Source of the DNA: an uncultured bacterium
Lineage (GTDB): Bacteria; UBA8481
Assembly: GCA_964499705.1 (NCBI GenBank)
Contig: CAZCME010000003.1
Span: forward strand, 186,001-250,000
Direction: 5' to 3'
DNA: 64,000 nt
Below are positions 32,480-42,659 of the stretch, in pieces. Position 1 is the stretch's first letter. The number at the start of each line of letters is the position of its first letter. The notes under the pieces were generated by a model, which was not told where the DNA came from, made no database searches, and saw only the letters and a program-made list of their open reading frames with translations. Made by a program: the position numbers and the translations under genes.

Positions 32480-33004
32480 ATGGACCTGAGGAAATATATT
32501 CGCGATGTGCCCGACTTCCCGAAGAAGGGAATTGTCTTCAAGGACATTACAACGCTTCTGGCCAATCCCGATGCGTTTCGATTCGTGATGGACACATGGG
32601 AATCCCGCTACGTGGCCGCTGGTTTGTCAGCCGTCGTCGGCATCGAAGCGCGTGGATTCATCTTCGGGGCCGCCCTATCGCATCGCCTCGGCGTCAAATT
32701 CGTTCCCGCCCGAAAGCCCGGCAAGCTTCCGCATAAATCCATCAAGGAGACCTACGAGCTCGAATACGGGACGGATTCCCTGACGATGCATGAAGATGCG
32801 CTCGCTCGCGGTGAGAAGGTCGTGGTCGTCGACGACCTGCTGGCGACAGGTGGCACGGCGCGCGCCGCCTGCGCTCTGGTGGAACGGCTCGGCGCGACAG
32901 TCCACGAAGTCGCCTTTGTCGTCGAACTGTCCTTTCTGGGAGCCCGAACCGGAAAGCTTTCGGGGTATCCCATCCATTCGCTTATCTCGTACGACGCGGA
33001 ATAG
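32480..33004 (+). CDS. apt: Adenine phosphoribosyltransferase
   Basis: DFPKKGIVFKDIT, EARGF, RKPGKLP, VVDDLLATGGT. Confidence 0.97.
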   Translation: MDLRKYIRDVPDFPKKGIVFKDITTLLANPDAFRFVMDTWESRYVAAGLSAVVGIEARGFIFGAALSHRLGVKFVPARKPGKLPHKSIKETYELEYGTDSLTMHEDALARGEKVVVVDDLLATGGTARAACALVERLGATVHEVAFVVELSFLGARTGKLSGYPIHSLISYDAE

Positions 33005-34241
33005 CGGCGCGCGGCCGAAGGCGGTTTAAGAGGAGCTCCATCGCTTTTCGGGCCGATCGCAACCGGATCTCGGATCGATCGCCTGTGAAATGAAACCGGC
33101 ACGCGGTGACTTTGCCTCCGCCGGCAAGCCCGATGCATACCGTTCCCACCGGCTTTTTCTTCGATCCGCCGCCGGGTCCCGCGACGCCCGTGATGGAAAT
33201 CGCCCAGTCGGATCCTGCCGCGCTCCGCGCTCCTCTGGAAAGCGCCAGAGCTGTTTCCTCGGATACTGCTCCGTATTGATCGAGAATATTCCGGGAAACG
33301 CCCAGCCAATTCTGTTTGGCGCGATTCGTGTAAACGGTCATGCCGCCGTTGTATACCTTCGATGCGCCCGGCACCGACGTGATGAGCTCCGATAGCAATC
33401 CGCCGGTGCAGGATTCCGCCGTGGAGAGGGTGAGTTGTTTCTCGGAGAGGATTCTCACCAGCGCTTCCTCGATTTTTTCGCCGGTGGTTGTGAAGACATG
33501 CCGGCCTGCCCGGCGGATGACAAGTTTCGCGAGAAGGCGAGAAGTCGTGACGACGTAGACGATACCGGGTGAAGGAAGAATCGAAACCTCGCCGCGCCGG
33601 AATTCAGCGCGGTCGAGGAAGAGGTCCTCCAGTTCGCCCTCGCCGATTCCAGAGAGTCCCAGCACATGCGAAGAGCGCGGCTTCAACCTCGGAAAATATT
33701 CTCGCAGAGCCGGATCGACGCTCGAATCGAGCATCGCTTCGAGCTCATGCGGGACGCCGGGCAACGCGATGAGCGCGGGCTTGCATGATCCAGCTATGCA
33801 GGGCATAAACACGCCTTCGGCAAGACCGGCAGGATTGACGAGGGGAGTCGCGCCTATCGGGATTCTCGCGAAGGTCTTCAGGCGAGGGGTCAGCGGTCGG
33901 CGCCTCAGGGCCAGTTTTTCAGTGAGCCGACTCATCATTCCCGGATCGTGCCGCAGGGGCGCATTCCATTCGCGGGCGATGCTTCCTGCCGTTCGATCGT
34001 CCCGCGTGCTGCCCAGTCCTCCCGTGCAGACGATGAGATCCGAGTTCGCTTCCGCCGCATGAAGAGCCTCACGGATATCGGCTTCTCGGTCGCCCGCGAT
34101 CGTGATCCGCCCGATCTGGAAACCCAGTGACGATAAGAACCGCGCGATCGTCGCGCCGTTCCGATCGCTTCGCATGCCGGAGAGAAGCTCGTTGCCGATG
34201 ATGAGGATTTTCGCCCGAGGATTCTGCGCGAGGCGGCTCAC
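32982..34241 (-). CDS. cinA: CinA (MoCF-like domain + NMN deamidase)
   Basis: IGNELL, TGGLG.T.DD, LPGVP, AESCTGG, ITGVAGPGGG; GTGA overlap with lipA. Confidence 0.9.
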   Translation of the reverse strand: MSRLAQNPRAKILIIGNELLSGMRSDRNGATIARFLSSLGFQIGRITIAGDREADIREALHAAEANSDLIVCTGGLGSTRDDRTAGSIAREWNAPLRHDPGMMSRLTEKLALRRRPLTPRLKTFARIPIGATPLVNPAGLAEGVFMPCIAGSCKPALIALPGVPHELEAMLDSSVDPALREYFPRLKPRSSHVLGLSGIGEGELEDLFLDRAEFRRGEVSILPSPGIVYVVTTSRLLAKLVIRRAGRHVFTTTGEKIEEALVRILSEKQLTLSTAESCTGGLLSELITSVPGASKVYNGGMTVYTNRAKQNWLGVSRNILDQYGAVSEETALALSRGARSAAGSDWAISITGVAGPGGGSKKKPVGTVCIGLAGGGKVTACRFHFTGDRSEIRLRSARKAMELLLNRLRPRAAIPRRTR

Positions 34242-35113
34242 CGGAGAGTTTGTTCCGCCTGCTCCTCCGCGTGATAGGACGATCGCACCAGCGGTCCGGA
34301 TTCGACATGGTGAATGCCCATCGCTTCGCCCTCCTTCTTCCAGGAGGCGAATTCGTCCGGGGTCACCCATCGTGCCACGGGGAGGTGCCACGAGCTGGGG
34401 CGCAGGTACTGGCCGAGCGTCAGGATCCGCACGCCCTGTTGGGCCGCATCCCGTAATGATTCCCGGATTTCGTCATCTTCTTCTCCAAGACCCAGCATCA
34501 ATCCGGTCTTGGTCCGCATTCCCGCGGCGGATGAACGGCCGAGCAGTTCCAAGGACCGGTCATATTTCGCCCCGGAACGGACCGTCGGTGTCAGGCGCCG
34601 GACGGTTTCGAGATTATGAGCGAGGATCGCGGGGCGGGCGTCGATGACCAGCTGGAGAGCATCCGCGCTGCCCATGAAATCGGGGATCAGAACCTCGATC
34701 GAGGTGAGCGGATTCTCCCGGCGCACCGCTTCGATCGTGCGATTCCAGATTTCCGCGCCGCCGTCCGGAAGTTCGTCGCGGTTGACGGAAGTGATGACGA
34801 TGTGTTTCAGCCGCATGTCCTTCACGGCCTCGGCCACACGGTCCGGCTCGTTCCGATCGAGAAATTCGGGACGCCCGGTCTTGACCGCGCAGAATCCGCA
34901 CGCTCGCGTGCAGACGTCGCCGAGAATCATGATCGTCGCCGTGCCGCGACCCCAGCACTCTCCGATGTTCGGGCATTGCGCGCTCTCGCAGACGGTGTGC
35001 AGGTTGCCGTCGCGGACTATTCTCTCCACGCCGCGATAGCCTTCGCCGCCCGGCAGCTTCATCTTCAGCCAGGAGGGTTTGCGTTCGAGAGTTTCTTCTT
35101 CAGCGCGGCTCAT
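34238..35113 (-). CDS. lipA: Lipoyl synthase
   Basis: CESAQCPNIGEC, CTRACGFC, RSSYHA. Confidence 0.97.
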   Translation of the reverse strand: MSRAEEETLERKPSWLKMKLPGGEGYRGVERIVRDGNLHTVCESAQCPNIGECWGRGTATIMILGDVCTRACGFCAVKTGRPEFLDRNEPDRVAEAVKDMRLKHIVITSVNRDELPDGGAEIWNRTIEAVRRENPLTSIEVLIPDFMGSADALQLVIDARPAILAHNLETVRRLTPTVRSGAKYDRSLELLGRSSAAGMRTKTGLMLGLGEEDDEIRESLRDAAQQGVRILTLGQYLRPSSWHLPVARWVTPDEFASWKKEGEAMGIHHVESGPLVRSSYHAEEQAEQTLR

Positions 35114-35177
35114 GCTTCAACTATATTCGCGCGCGACGACCTTCACACTCGATTTTTGAGCCGTCGTTTCGGAGAAA

Positions 35178-37460
35178 TCAGAGGGACTTGAACGGTTCCT
35201 GCGCGAGAGGCTCGCCGTCGAGCTGGCGATAGGTCCAGTATGTTCCGAGGACGCGCTTGACGTAATTGCGGGTCTCCTTGAAGGCGATCTTCTCCACGAA
35301 GAAATCCTCCTCAGCGTCGGGATTTTCCCGAAGCCAGCGGCCCGTGTTTCCGGGTCCGGCGTTATAGCCGGAGAGCGCGAGGAAATTCCGGCCCTGGTAG
35401 CTGGCCAGGAGCTGGCTCAGGTAGAACGTTCCCATCGAAATATTCCAGCGGGGATCGAGGAGCATCTCCCTGCGGTAATTCTCGATCGAAAGGTCGCGTG
35501 CGATTCTCTGGCCGGTCGCGGGCATGATCTGCATGAGTCCCTGAGCGCCCGCCCAGGAGGATACATCGGTCTGGAAACGGGATTCCTCGCGGATGACGGC
35601 CAGCACGAGCCGATAATCCAGTCCGTATTTGGCGGCCTCGGCTCTGGCGACATCGGCGTAATGACGCGGATAGAGAAGCTGCGCGGCGAGCTCGGGCATC
35701 GCGGCCGCATCGTGAGGACCGCCCATCGAGCGAATGAGCGCTTCGACGTCGCGCATGGCGCGGCGATATTCTCCGCCTTCCACGAGAATGCGGATCATCG
35801 CAAGGCGCTGCTCGGGGCGGCGCCCGGCGTCGATGCGGAGGGAGAGGATTTCCGCCGCGGCATCTTCGTAGTCGCCGAGCTCCAGGAGCGCGGAGATTTC
35901 TCCGGCGACGACGGAGTGTTTATCTCCGGCATCGAAGAAGAGCGCGGCGGTGTCGAAGAGCGTCGTGGAGAAGCGGGAGAGATCCTTCCAGAGCCCGATG
36001 CGCGCCATGACGCTCCTGGCAGCCGCGTGAGCCCGTTCCGAGACGTCCTTCGCGGACGCATCGCGAATGCCGCGGATGTCAGCGAGCGCTTCGAGAATCT
36101 GCCCGTCGTCGGCCCGCCGGATCGCGGCGTCGAGGTCGGCCATCGAGTAGCGGCCTCCCAGGCGCTGGAATGCCGCCGAGGATCGGGCGCGGTAGTAGAC
36201 TTCCTGCGACGACCGGAGCACGGCGGCGTATTGCAGGACCGCTTCCTCGCGTCGGTTCGACTTCTCCAGGATGCGCCCGCGCCAGTATCCCATCGCCGAG
36301 GCGTAATCCGACCGGGGATACCGTTTCAGCGCTCGCGCGAACGCGTCCGCGGCCTCTTCCGTCCGGCCATCCTCCAGGTAGGCCAGCCCTATCTTCCAGG
36401 CGGCTTCATCCGCCCAGGACGATCGCGGAAACTGCGCGAGCAGCCTGCCGTAGTAGGCGAGGGCTTCCGCGCGCTTTTCCTTCTTGTCGCGGAGCGAGGC
36501 GAGGCGATACAGGCAGTCGTCGGCGAAGGATCCCCGGGGTGAAAGAACGAGAACCTGCTGCAGGAATTTCTCGCCCTCGCGATCCTGTCCCATCCGCTGG
36601 TAGCAGAGTCCGATGCGATACCGCGCGACGAGGTCGGATTTGTCGGGAGCCGACTTGAGGAGACGCTTGTAGGCGTTTACCGCGTCGCGGAAATGATCGG
36701 CGCGCTCATGGCTGCGGGCGAGCTTGAGTATGACCCCGGGATCGCTCGAACCGCTCCGCGCGAACTGGTCGGCCGCTTTCGCATACTCGCCCGCGTTGTA
36801 ATAGATCCCGGCGAACCGCAGGGCGCTCGCGTTTCCGTTCGGCGCGATCCTCAGGATTTCATCGATGGCGGATGCCGCGACCTGGGGGCTCCCCGGCATG
36901 CGGATGACGGCATCCAGGTTGCGGAGCGCTTCCTCGGTCATGCCGGCCTCGTTCCGGCATCGCGCGATCTCGATGAGTACTTTCCGGCGCTCGTCGCCGG
37001 AAAGCCGGTCGGCGAGCTCGGTGTAGCGGCCGATGGCCGCGTCCAGGCTCTTCGAATCCCGGAGGATCCGGGCCATGCTGCGGAGGGCACGTTCGCCGAT
37101 CGCCCTGTTTCGGAGCGACGCGGGCAGAGCCAGCGCCTCGAGCGCGGCATTCGTATCGCCCCGCTGAAGGCGAAGTTCCGCGACGGTCATGCTCATGTAG
37201 GGGGCGAGCCGTGCATCGTTCTCCGCGAATTTCAGAAGGGTCTGCTCGGCTTCGGCCGATTTTCCCAAAGCGATCATCTGTCGAGCGGAGGCGTAGCGGC
37301 TCTCCTGAATCGTCTTCGTGATCTCGGAAGGAAGCGAAGCGAAGGCCGGATTGGCCGCGATATCCTGCATGCGGACGAAGACGCGCTGGGCTCCTGAAGT
37401 GACGACGAGGAGAATGCCTGCGCTGAGTGAAATTCCGGCTCTGAGGGCGACGCGTTTCAT
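35178..37460 (-). CDS. slt: Slt70-like soluble lytic transglycosylase with TPR repeats
   Basis: TPR array; REESRF, GAQGLMQIMP, YNAGPG, ETRNYV. Confidence 0.9.
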   Translation of the reverse strand: MKRVALRAGISLSAGILLVVTSGAQRVFVRMQDIAANPAFASLPSEITKTIQESRYASARQMIALGKSAEAEQTLLKFAENDARLAPYMSMTVAELRLQRGDTNAALEALALPASLRNRAIGERALRSMARILRDSKSLDAAIGRYTELADRLSGDERRKVLIEIARCRNEAGMTEEALRNLDAVIRMPGSPQVAASAIDEILRIAPNGNASALRFAGIYYNAGEYAKAADQFARSGSSDPGVILKLARSHERADHFRDAVNAYKRLLKSAPDKSDLVARYRIGLCYQRMGQDREGEKFLQQVLVLSPRGSFADDCLYRLASLRDKKEKRAEALAYYGRLLAQFPRSSWADEAAWKIGLAYLEDGRTEEAADAFARALKRYPRSDYASAMGYWRGRILEKSNRREEAVLQYAAVLRSSQEVYYRARSSAAFQRLGGRYSMADLDAAIRRADDGQILEALADIRGIRDASAKDVSERAHAAARSVMARIGLWKDLSRFSTTLFDTAALFFDAGDKHSVVAGEISALLELGDYEDAAAEILSLRIDAGRRPEQRLAMIRILVEGGEYRRAMRDVEALIRSMGGPHDAAAMPELAAQLLYPRHYADVARAEAAKYGLDYRLVLAVIREESRFQTDVSSWAGAQGLMQIMPATGQRIARDLSIENYRREMLLDPRWNISMGTFYLSQLLASYQGRNFLALSGYNAGPGNTGRWLRENPDAEEDFFVEKIAFKETRNYVKRVLGTYWTYRQLDGEPLAQEPFKSL

Positions 37461-37506
37461 TAGTTACTTTATCGGCATCCGAGGGAAGCCGATAGAGCAT
37501 GAAGTC

Positions 37507-39018
37507 ATGGAAAAACGCGCTCCTTCAAGCCTCGTGAAATATTTCTGGATCGCCGTCCTGTATCTCGCCCAGGGCTTTCCCTACGGGCTCATCAACACCA
37601 CCATGCCCGTCGCGTTTTCGAAGGCCGGCGTGAATCTCTCCAAGATCGGCCTGCTTTCGCTTGCCGGCCTGCCCTGGACCTTCAAGTTTCTCTGGGCACC
37701 CCTCGTCGATCGGCTCGGCGGCCGCCGCCGCTGGGTTGCCGGCTGCCTCGTCGCCATGGCGGCGCTGGCGGCGGCCTTTTCGTTCGAGTTCATCGGAGCA
37801 GCGACCGCGACGATCTGGGCGATCATCATCGGGATCGCATTTCTTTCCGCGACGCAGGACATCGCCATCGACGCCTATTCCATCGAGCTTCTGACGGCAC
37901 GGGAACTGGGCGCCGGGAACGGGATCCGGGTGACGGCATACCGCATCGCCCTCATCGCGACCGGCGGAATTCTCGTGGGGATCGCCGGTATCCTGGGGTG
38001 GAACAACGTCTGGCTCCTGGCCGGAGGAATCATGTTGGTCCTCGGTGGCGCGGCGTTGGCGGCTCCCCGCGTTGAAAAAAAGGAGCTCGATGCGTCGGCA
38101 CCCTCGCTGGGCGAATCCCTTCGCGCGTGTCTCTGGGCGATCGTCGTCCCGCTCATCGCGGCCTGCGCCTTCTACCAGGTCGGCGGATACCTGGAATGGA
38201 AGGATGCCCTTCGCACGCCATTATCCGTCCTGATCGGACTGGTGGCGAGCATCGTCCTGGCGTTTCGCAGGGGAGGCGGATCGAAAGAATCCGGCAAGCC
38301 GGATGACGCGTTGCGCCGGCTCCTGGATCGTCCCGGCGCGTGGATATTTCTCCTGTTCGTTCTCACATTCAAGCTGGGCGACGCGGCGATGGCGACGATG
38401 ACCGCTCCCTTTCTCGATCGCGGCGCGCACTTCAGCGAATCGGAGATCGGAATCCTTCGCGGCACGGTCGGCTTTTTCGCCGCGATCGCGGGCGCGCTCA
38501 TCGGCGGAGCCTTGACCACGCGGTGGGGGATCTTCCGCGCTCTCTGGATTCTCGGTCTCTTCCAGGCGATTTCTAATTTCGGGTACACGTATGCGGCGCA
38601 CGACCCGGGAGCTCCGATCGATTTTCTTCCGTTCGTTCCGTCGCCGCTTCTCGACGCCTGCACAACGGTTCAGACCTGGACCGGCCTGAAGGTCGCGGGA
38701 ATTTTTCAGATGTCGGCGCGCCACGTCTGGGGCGCCGGGCTCATGGAGGATTTCTGCGGTGGCCTGGGTACGGCGCCTTTTCTCGCGTTGCTGATGACCG
38801 TCTGCGAGAAAAAACATGCGGCCACGCAATACGCATTTCTGTCCGCCGTATATAGCCTCTGTAAAAGCATCGCGGGAACATTCTCGGGCTATCTGGCGGA
38901 AAGTCTCGGATTCAGCATGTATTTCGGGCTGACCTTCGCGCTCGCCCTGCCGGCGTTCGCGCTCCTGCCGCTCGTGCGCCCCTGGGTGGTCGAAACCGGG
39001 AATGAAACGCCGGTCTGA
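37507..39018 (+). CDS. ampG: AmpG-family muropeptide MFS transporter
   Basis: QGFPYG, KFLWAPLVD, ATQDIAIDAY, ATQYA. Confidence 0.88.
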   Translation: MEKRAPSSLVKYFWIAVLYLAQGFPYGLINTTMPVAFSKAGVNLSKIGLLSLAGLPWTFKFLWAPLVDRLGGRRRWVAGCLVAMAALAAAFSFEFIGAATATIWAIIIGIAFLSATQDIAIDAYSIELLTARELGAGNGIRVTAYRIALIATGGILVGIAGILGWNNVWLLAGGIMLVLGGAALAAPRVEKKELDASAPSLGESLRACLWAIVVPLIAACAFYQVGGYLEWKDALRTPLSVLIGLVASIVLAFRRGGGSKESGKPDDALRRLLDRPGAWIFLLFVLTFKLGDAAMATMTAPFLDRGAHFSESEIGILRGTVGFFAAIAGALIGGALTTRWGIFRALWILGLFQAISNFGYTYAAHDPGAPIDFLPFVPSPLLDACTTVQTWTGLKVAGIFQMSARHVWGAGLMEDFCGGLGTAPFLALLMTVCEKKHAATQYAFLSAVYSLCKSIAGTFSGYLAESLGFSMYFGLTFALALPAFALLPLVRPWVVETGNETPV

Positions 39019-39033
39019 GGCCGGCCCGGGGGA

Positions 39034-39708
39034 TTATTCGACCTTCTTGACGGGCCTTCCGCAAAGTCCGCAGTAGCGGTCGTCAGGCCGGACATCGTAT
39101 CCGCAGACCGCGCAGCTCCGGCCTTTCACCGAGGACGCGATGAAATTGGCGGCCTGATCGGCATCGAGAAGCGTCTTGTCGACGAGGCCCGGATCCGGAG
39201 CGGCTTCTTCCCGTTCGTCCTCCCGCCCGCGCGGCAGGCGCCGCTCACGGCTCTGAAGGAGCTCCTGGAGATAGGGCATGATCGTATCGACGCGCGGCGA
39301 TGCCGCGACGTCGCGTAACCGCGAGCAAATCGATTTCATCATCTGCATCGCCAGCGCCGGGCTCCGCATCATCATCAGCTCCAGTTCACTCTTTCCCAGT
39401 ACGATCACCTCGACCTGGGTCTTGGCGCGGGCGGACGCCATCCGCATGGTGTCATTCCAGAGCGCCATCTCCCCGAAGAAATCCCCGGGACAGAGCGTGG
39501 ACATCAGCTCGGAAATTTCTCCCACGGTGATCGTGGATCCGCCGAAAATTTCCTGTTCCTTGTAGGTCTTGGAGATTTCCACCTGGCCGGAAACGATGAT
39601 GTACATCTCGTGACCGCCTTCGTTTTCGAGGAAGATGATGCTGCCGGCGGGATAAGTGCGGCCCTTACGTGAGAAAAGCTCGCCGAGCTTGGCGTCATTC
39701 AGAAGCAT
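39034..39708 (-). CDS. cNMP-binding domain protein with C-terminal zinc ribbon
   Basis: MYII.SG.V, GDFFGEMAL...RMASA; CAVC...CGLC; no HTH. Confidence 0.85.
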   Translation of the reverse strand: MLLNDAKLGELFSRKGRTYPAGSIIFLENEGGHEMYIIVSGQVEISKTYKEQEIFGGSTITVGEISELMSTLCPGDFFGEMALWNDTMRMASARAKTQVEVIVLGKSELELMMMRSPALAMQMMKSICSRLRDVAASPRVDTIMPYLQELLQSRERRLPRGREDEREEAAPDPGLVDKTLLDADQAANFIASSVKGRSCAVCGYDVRPDDRYCGLCGRPVKKVE

Positions 39709-39760
39709 GGGGCAAGGATACGATATGAGCCGTCAGGCATCAACAGCCGCGGCATCTCCG

Positions 39761-40083
39761 CAGAAGTTCCCCATCGGTTGGCGGGAAATGAACAGGATGG
39801 GCGGGATTTGGGGTAGAAATAATCCGCCGGCGAAAGGATTATGGAGGATCGGCCGGCACTGCCCTCGCGGAGGTCGCGCCCGATCTGGAACTGGTAGACG
39901 GCTGGATCTTTGCCTCATAGCGAGCCATTTTCAGTTCTCCTTAAGAGATGTAAAAAGAAAAGTGGAAAGAGAGAAAAGAAATCCACTCCCCGATAACAGG
40001 ACTAGATGACCTTCACTTTTACCGTATTTCGATCCCGCCTATCCTGCCCATCCTGTTAATTATTTTATGTTGGCGAACTTCTG
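39761..40083. mobile_element. MITE, 323 bp, TIR CAGAAGTTC, 9-bp TSD (8/9)
   Basis: Flanks gcatctccg / acatctccg; inverted homolog of 54611-54930. Confidence 0.85.
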
Positions 40084-40093
40084 ACATCTCCGT

Positions 40094-41461
40094 TCAGAAA
40101 GGGACGCGCCCCGCAAAGCCATGCCCGCCCTGCAAGGCAGCCACGGCGGCGCGCTGCGTGAGAGGGTGATCGTCGTACGCGGCGATCCTGAAGGAAGCGT
40201 CGGTGACCTGCGCGAGGAAATAAGGATCCCCGAAGGAGATGACGCCGGAACCGGCGGGGATCTTCATCCTGTTTTCCTCCGACGGTCCGCTGCGTCCGCG
40301 CCAGGCGCCCGGCATCGCGAAGACGGCGGTGACGCAGCGCGACGGATCCCGCGGGGATTCATCGCGGGCCAGTTCTCTCCAGCCCGCGGCGCGAGCCGCC
40401 TCGCGAAAGGGAGCCGGATCCAGGCGATCGTCGTCATGAATGACGAGGAAGCACTCGGGGGCGACAGGCCGGCCATCGAGAAGCGTGAGGCATGATCGAG
40501 CGATCTTCGCGGCAAGGGGATGGGCGAGAAGCCGCTCCACGCGATTCATCGACGCGACAGGATCGCGCTCCGATTCGCGGAGGCGTTGCAGGACCGCGCG
40601 CGGGGAGTCCGGGTAGAGAAGAATATCGCATCCCGCATACGCCGCGAGGACGGCGGCTTCGATTTCATCCGTGTGAATTCCCTTCATGACGAGAGCGTCC
40701 GTGATGACGAGCCCGTCGAAGCCGAGTTCCCCGCGGAGCAGATCCGTCACGACGCGGCGGGAGAGAGTCGCGGGTAGTCCGGAGTCGTCGATCGCGGGCA
40801 CGGTCATGTGCGCCACCATGAGAGATCCGACTCCGGCCGCGATGGCGTCGCGAAAGGGCTGGAGGTGCACGGAGCGGAACTCCGCTTCGTCGCGCGGACC
40901 CTCGGGAAGCTCCAGGTGAGAGTCCTTCGTCGTGTTGCCGTGGCCTGGAAAATGCTTGGCGCAGGCGATGGCGCCGGCCGCCTGGGCTCCGTGGATCCAT
41001 TGCTTAGCCAGTTCGCCGACCGTCCGGCTGTCGCCGGAAAAGGAGCGAACATTCATGATCGGATTCTTCGGCTCGGTGTTCACGTCGCAGACGGGGGCGA
41101 AGAGGAGATTCACTCCGATCGAGCGGGCTTCGACGGCGGTGAGCTTTCCGGCGAGACAGGCGAGCGACCGGGCCTCGGGACAGGCGGCGATCGCCATCGG
41201 AGTCGGAATGCGCGTGAGCCCTTCAAACTGCTGACCTGCTCCGCGTTCGAGATCGGCTCCGAAGAGAAGCGGTCGGCCCGCGCGCGCATTGAGTTCGGCC
41301 GTCAGGCGGGCGACATCATGAGCCCTGCCGCCGAAGAGGATGAAACCGCAGGGATCGATCTCGTCGAGGAGCCGGAAGGATTCCTCGCGGACCGGGTCGA
41401 TGCCGTCGCGATCGATCCGCAGTGCGGGCATGATGAGACGTCCATGATGTGCGCGCGTCAT
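40094..41461 (-). CDS. nagZ: GH3 beta-N-acetylhexosaminidase
   Basis: DLERG, KHFPGHG...DSH, ITDAL.M. Confidence 0.9.
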   Translation of the reverse strand: MTRAHHGRLIMPALRIDRDGIDPVREESFRLLDEIDPCGFILFGGRAHDVARLTAELNARAGRPLLFGADLERGAGQQFEGLTRIPTPMAIAACPEARSLACLAGKLTAVEARSIGVNLLFAPVCDVNTEPKNPIMNVRSFSGDSRTVGELAKQWIHGAQAAGAIACAKHFPGHGNTTKDSHLELPEGPRDEAEFRSVHLQPFRDAIAAGVGSLMVAHMTVPAIDDSGLPATLSRRVVTDLLRGELGFDGLVITDALVMKGIHTDEIEAAVLAAYAGCDILLYPDSPRAVLQRLRESERDPVASMNRVERLLAHPLAAKIARSCLTLLDGRPVAPECFLVIHDDDRLDPAPFREAARAAGWRELARDESPRDPSRCVTAVFAMPGAWRGRSGPSEENRMKIPAGSGVISFGDPYFLAQVTDASFRIAAYDDHPLTQRAAVAALQGGHGFAGRVPF

Positions 41462-41484
41462 GCGGCGAGCCTACCGGATGGGCG

Positions 41485-42555
41485 TCAAGGGCGCCACAAT
41501 CCTCCGAGGATCTTCGGTCGTTTCGCTCCCGTCACACGAGTCAGGTCGACCGCGCGTTCGCGAAGGCGCAGCGCACCCAGGTGCGCGAAGAGAACGGCTT
41601 CCTTGAAATCGGGATCGAGCCCCGCGACCGAAGTGTTGAGGATCCGCGGCCGCGCAAGCCGGCCCATCCGATCCATGAAGACGGGATTGTGGACGGCTCC
41701 GCCCGAGACGTAGACCTCGTCGAGCTTCAGGCGATTCAGCTCGCGGGCGGTCGCTTCCGCGCTCACGGCCGTCATCGTCGCGACGAGATCGCGCGGGTCG
41801 GCGATCCGTCTTGCGAATCGCTCCACGAAGTCGCCGCCGAAGAGTTCCGGCCCCGTCGTGCGAGGCGGCTTCTTTCCGAAGTAGGGATGGGACAGCGCCT
41901 TGATGAGCTCGGCGTCCTTCACACGACCTCGGGATGCGATCCGGCCGTCGCGGTCGAAATTCCTGCTCCATCCGCGCCGGACTGCGGCATCGACGATCGA
42001 ATTCGCCGGCCCGATATCGTAGGCACACTCGATCGCGCCGTTCGCGAGGACCGTGATGTTGGCGATGCCTCCGAGGTTGAGGATGCCCACTCTTTTTCCG
42101 CGCGCACATTTCGCGAAGAGGAGCAGATCGAGCACGGGCACGAGAGGCGCGCCTTCGCCGCCGGCCGCGATATCATCCATCCGGAAATCCGCCGCCACCG
42201 TGATGCCGGTCCGTTCCGCTATGATGGCGGGCGAGCCGAGCTGAAGGGAGGAGCGACCGGGGATGTGGTGGACCGTCTGACCATGCGAGCCGATCACGCG
42301 GATCTTCTGACGCGGGATCCGCGATTCCCTGATGAGCTTGTTGATCGAGCCCGCGAAATCCTCCGCGATCGCGGCATGAAGCATCGCGATTTTTTCGGGA
42401 CCGGCCGAGGAGGCCTTCATAAGAAGCCCGACTGTTTCGCGGGCATAGGGGTAAGTCCGCGCCGCGACGATCCGCGGCTTCGTTGCCGCGTCGCGCACGA
42501 TGGCCGTATCGATACCGTCCATGCTCGTGCCGGAGAGCACGCCGATGGCGAGCAC
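41485..42555 (-). CDS. anmK: Anhydro-N-acetylmuramic acid kinase
   Basis: SGTSMDGID, GSHGQT, GGEGAPLVP, NLGGIAN, KEA..FA; GTG start overlapping the duplicated murQ stop. Confidence 0.93.
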   Translation of the reverse strand: MLAIGVLSGTSMDGIDTAIVRDAATKPRIVAARTYPYARETVGLLMKASSAGPEKIAMLHAAIAEDFAGSINKLIRESRIPRQKIRVIGSHGQTVHHIPGRSSLQLGSPAIIAERTGITVAADFRMDDIAAGGEGAPLVPVLDLLLFAKCARGKRVGILNLGGIANITVLANGAIECAYDIGPANSIVDAAVRRGWSRNFDRDGRIASRGRVKDAELIKALSHPYFGKKPPRTTGPELFGGDFVERFARRIADPRDLVATMTAVSAEATARELNRLKLDEVYVSGGAVHNPVFMDRMGRLARPRILNTSVAGLDPDFKEAVLFAHLGALRLRERAVDLTRVTGAKRPKILGGLWRP

Positions 42556-42646
42556 TAGCTCTCCAGGGCCGCGCGAAGATTTTCTCCGGCAGTCTTCAGG
42601 CGCGCCCGCGAATCTTTCCGGGATAAGCCGGTGCGGGCCATGACGA
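42536..42646. repeat. 111-bp direct repeat, left copy (murQ 3' end + anmK first codons)
   Basis: 109/111 identical to 47231-47341 by eye. Confidence 0.92.
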
Positions 42647-42659
42647 CTGATAGGAATTT

